DNA of 63,932 nucleotides, filler included, from Licmophora abbreviata (taxonomy: Eukaryota), in assembly GCA_900291995.1 (NCBI GenBank). It is 13 parts of 13 records of this genome, joined end to end, with 100 filler letters (N's around TTAATTAATTAA, not from the genome) between each part and the next. Parts side by side here need not be neighbours in the genome. Positions count along the whole stretch, not along the records: positions 57,473 to 61,811 come from OLMU01005182.1; positions 61,912 to 63,932 come from OLMU01005189.1; 11 more parts are not named here. One strand, given 5' to 3'. The position numbers and the translations under genes were made by a program. Of the stretch, positions 60,334-63,932 are shown piece by piece. The notes under the pieces are model-generated. The model searched no databases, had not been told where the DNA came from, and was given only the letters and a program-made list of their open reading frames with translations. Position 1 is the first letter of the stretch; every line of letters starts with the position of its first letter.

Positions 60334-62103
60334 TCATCCTTTTCTGCAAGTTCTCTCGTTCCTTCTGGGAATACATCTCCGACTGTGTTCGGTTGCGCTG
60401 AGGCTCACTATGCCAGTTCCCTCTGTAAGTCGCATGAGAGAGTATTCCTCCAAGTGCGAAAAATCTCCTCGCCCATGGAAGCCACACTGCCACCAGAATG
60501 CGCCACAACCCTTGACTCTCTCCATGTCGACGTGCTCTCCCGTATCGCAACAGCTGTCCGTCGCCGCGTCTAGTTCATATACGTCGGGAAACTTGTCAGC
60601 CGGCAGCAGCAAGTTTGCTGCATCGTTGACAATTCCTCCCAAGTCGAGGGGATGTGGGATAGGCTGCAATCGATGAGGAATAACTATGCGTCCCTTGTCG
60701 AGTTCCCGTGTAAAGAATGATGTCAGTCGGCCACTCAAAATCTGGTCAGCCTCGGTCAGGAAAAGGTACTTGAACTTCGACGGAGTCTCTCCCAACCAGT
60801 CTGCTGATGGCTTAGTTCCGTTGATTGCTTCCTGGAGACCCTTCAATGCGCCTTTTGGAATGTTTTCTTCTATGAACTTCGATTTGACTTCGTTTGTATG
60901 AACAAACGCGAGTTCTGTCGAACCAAAGTAGGTCGAAAACGGCAGGTGTTCAGGCTTGGTAGAGTTGCTCGCCGAGATCGTGCTGGAAGAAAGTCTCCGC
61001 CGAATCGTACTGGTATCCGTTGCATCTTGCTGTGGGCGATATCGCATCAGTTGTGCGAAAGCACTCTTGGTACATCTGTGATCTGCATCGTAGTAGCCCA
61101 CGACCAAAACTCGCCCGACGCCAAATTGTAGAAGCGACGCAATCGTAGCTGCCAACGATGTAGCCCAAATCTGCTCTTCTGTGCTTCCACCCCTCACATT
61201 CACACCATATGGGATAATAGCAAGCGTCGAGCTCATCGCCGTCGACGGCGTCTTTTGAACGGTCCTCTGAATGTACGATTGCAACTTACCGATACCATAC
61301 ATCATGGCCGGCGCATCGCCCATTTTCCACCACTTGCTCAAATGTTCGAGAGAAAAGTCCAACCAGTCAAGCGCCATTCGAACATCGTCAAATCCATTGC
61401 CAGCCTTTAGGATCGGCTTAAACGCGTCATCCTCCACGATGTAGCACTCCTCGGCGTCGAAATCCATGAAACGAGACATCGTCTGCCACCAGGACGCAGC
61501 GAAGACGTCGTTGAACTTGAACCCTGGATTAAGATCTTGCGGGGGAATCAAGTCGATCTCTGTTGGCTCACTGTTAGCAGCTTCGGCTTTATCTTCCTTC
61601 GTGACGCGATCAGTCTCGGCATGATGTACCGGCTCGGTCGCCGTGGACTCTTTCGTTGCGTCGATGCTGGTATCGCCAGCGCCGCTTCCGTTACTTGCCT
61701 CTGTCGTCAAGTCTCCATTCTCCATAGTGTCTGTCGCATCAAGGAGGCTCTCGTGTTTCACACCTCGAATGGAAGGATTGTCTGTCGTTGCTGGTTGTCG
61801 GTCATCATCACNNNNNNNNNNNNNNNNNNNNNNNNNNNNNNNNNNNNNNNNNNNNTTAATTAATTAANNNNNNNNNNNNNNNNNNNNNNNNNNNNNNNNN
61901 NNNNNNNNNNNGATATCATCATCGTGGTCCTCATGGCCCTCACGAATCTCAAGCGGGACGAAGAAGAGAATATCCTCTAACCCTTTCTTATTCCCCCCTT
62001 CTTTCGATCCAGCAAGCGTCGAGCCCGTAGGAGAGAATCCTGTCACCCTTTGCGCACTGGCTAACAATGTAGACAGGAGAATTATAAGCCATTTGCGTGA
62101 CAT
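60334..62103 (-). CDS. Hypothetical secretory-pathway protein, probably spanning linker 61812-61911
   Basis: The 475-aa ORF stays open to the contig edge at 61811. The next contig supplies a signal-peptide exon (MSRKWLIILLSTLLASA) on the same strand, running into the gap. Confidence 0.65.
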
Positions 62104-63683
62104 GGTTGAGGGAATACCGTTACGAGCAGATACCCTTTCGATAAATTGTGATCTCTCAGCTGTAAAGTACCCGTGATGGTACTACTCGATAAATACTTTC
62201 TATATCATTTAACGTTTGAATGACCTGCCTCGAAGGAGACATTCAATGTGTATTATTTTATATCTGAGAATTAATACAGAAAAACATTCCGATAAGTCAT
62301 ACTGCGGACATTCTTTTCGTGGTCCGATTCGATTCGATTGTGTTGTTGTCTGTGTGACCTGTGTCATGTGATTGCGTAAAATGTAAAATGCGATGATGGC
62401 GTGATGAACAGTACATTTCGCGGCGGCTCCGTGCTACCGGTAGATATCATAATCTCATTGTGTACGTACGCGTTGTGGTACTTGTCAATAGCATTTGCGT
62501 GGATCCACCTTTTGCCATCACCACAAGAGTGTTCGACAGGCAATCTCAGGCTCATTTTTGCTTGTTTTTGGGCTCCCAGTAGAATCATAGTCGAATCATA
62601 AAAAATACACTTCCTTGCCCTCGAAACACCTTATGGAGTGATCTAAAATTCAATCGAGATACTGTTCATTGACAATGTCCACGACAAAAGCGGTACAAAT
62701 CGAGTGACGCTTTCGGAAAGTGTGGCGTTCCGTAATTCATTACACTCGCATTCAAGTCCATCCAAGCCAGCTGCTGCAGCTCAACGCGAAACCAACAGTG
62801 GCTCAACAACTCAAATTTGTATTTCATATGAGCCGAAGACGAGTGTCTCAAAGTGTGAACGCTAGTTTACGAAAGAATGGGTACAACGGTCGATTGTCCT
62901 TCATTGTTGTTTGCCGAGAAGCACAATGACTTGATGTCTTCGTCTCATTGTTGTGATCAATGATGTTTCCAGGGGAACAAGAGCGGCTGGTTCTTCGATT
63001 CCCCGGTAGCGGTCGCCAGCGGAGTTACGCTGTCCCAAGATAGACCGTTCCGCAGCAGAAAGTTGGCATCTTTGCCCGAGTCCTGCACTGACAGCATGAT
63101 GTCGTCTCCGGAAGGCGCAGTCGACAACCTCATTGATTTTGGAGTGTTTCTTAGACTGGGGCTATATTGCTCACTTGACCAGGATCCGTCGGACCATATA
63201 TTATAGCGAATCCATCAGTAGCTACGTCATGGGTGCTAGGAGATATAGCTAGCTAGAAAGAATGAGCCTTCTTTCTAGCAAGCTGTGAGAGTTCTTGAGA
63301 GTACCGGTGCCGATGCCAGTGGCTATTGCCAGGAGTAGGTAGCTCTTCTCTTACCTTTTGACCCAAGTACCAGGTACTCTAGTAGATAGAACATCTATTA
63401 CCGGCAGCGAGCTCCTAGCTAAATCTATGACAGATCAACAACAGAGTGGCAGGTCGTATCACCCCAAGGGACTGTGACGTCATGAAGTCTGACTCGAATC
63501 ATGCGTCATCATTTTTTGGCAGAATTATGAGAAAACTTGCTCATTACGTAGAAACTTTACCAATACCTATGATACGTGGTATCGCTCGCGGCTTGGGGGC
63601 ACCGCGGCCTCGATGACGGTTGCTCACTTTTCCCCCCATTGGAACGCCGTTGAGCAAGCATCACCAGGTACACGACGACGACC

Positions 63684-63932
63684 ATGATGCCGCCCGTCTC
63701 TTCTCGCCGAGTGCTTCTAGCGCTCTCTGTTGTCCTCTCAGTATCCACGGCAATGGTCTTGGATGACAGCGTTCAAATGAAGCAGAGTGCGACCACGCCA
63801 GAGATTATACCAGCCCCCGAAAGCTGCGATGATACTACTAGCAAAAAGGCACAAATGCTCTGTACGGCCAAGAGTGGCGCCTCATCCGAGCGTTCTCTCT
63901 TGCCCTCAGACCCAGTCAAGACTTTTTACGAC
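63684..63932 (+). CDS. 5' part of an unknown protein with signal peptide, running off the window
   Basis: ACCATG start; MMPPVSSRRVLLALSVVLSVSTA... open for 83 codons to the window end. Confidence 0.55.
   Translation, partial: MMPPVSSRRVLLALSVVLSVSTAMVLDDSVQMKQSATTPEIIPAPESCDDTTSKKAQMLCTAKSGASSERSLLPSDPVKTFYD

Noticed and set aside
62973..63206. Open frame of about 78 codons after a TTTCCAG acceptor-like site
   Set aside because: No recognisable motif and no supportable upstream exon

Overview
Eukaryotic nuclear DNA, most likely from a diatom or related photosynthetic stramenopile: gene-dense, short GT-AG introns, bipartite plastid presequences with ASAF-like cleavage sites, and a single-chain urease. 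It is a scaffold of 13 contigs joined by 12 artificial 100-bp linkers (N44-TTAATTAATTAA-N44). About 30 protein genes are supported: urease, a PetC Rieske fragment, DBP2-like helicase, 1-Cys peroxiredoxin, RRP4, MnmE, SOUL protein, DHHC acyltransferase, four class-3 lipases, an ACT-domain protein, a triple zinc-ribbon protein, insulysin, a desaturase/hydroxylase, DUS1, GlyRS, RPS14, alkaline-phosphatase-like fragments, FKBP, a GBF1-like ARF-GEF, a TPR protein, RPS9, a YccF protein, a sorting nexin, CHMP1 and several unknowns. The main leads are: (1) an uncharacterised protein joining a USP8/AMSH-type N-terminal domain to a putative Cys-His-Asp protease domain, next to CHMP1 and a sorting nexin (candidate new endosomal deubiquitinase); (2) a scrambled phosphatase locus with two inverted junctions; (3) apparently mitochondria-targeted urease and GcvR-like proteins; (4) five single-base deletions in short base runs, probably sequencing errors. 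All family calls come from motif recognition, not database searches. I found no tRNA, rRNA, CRISPR or recognisable transposon.
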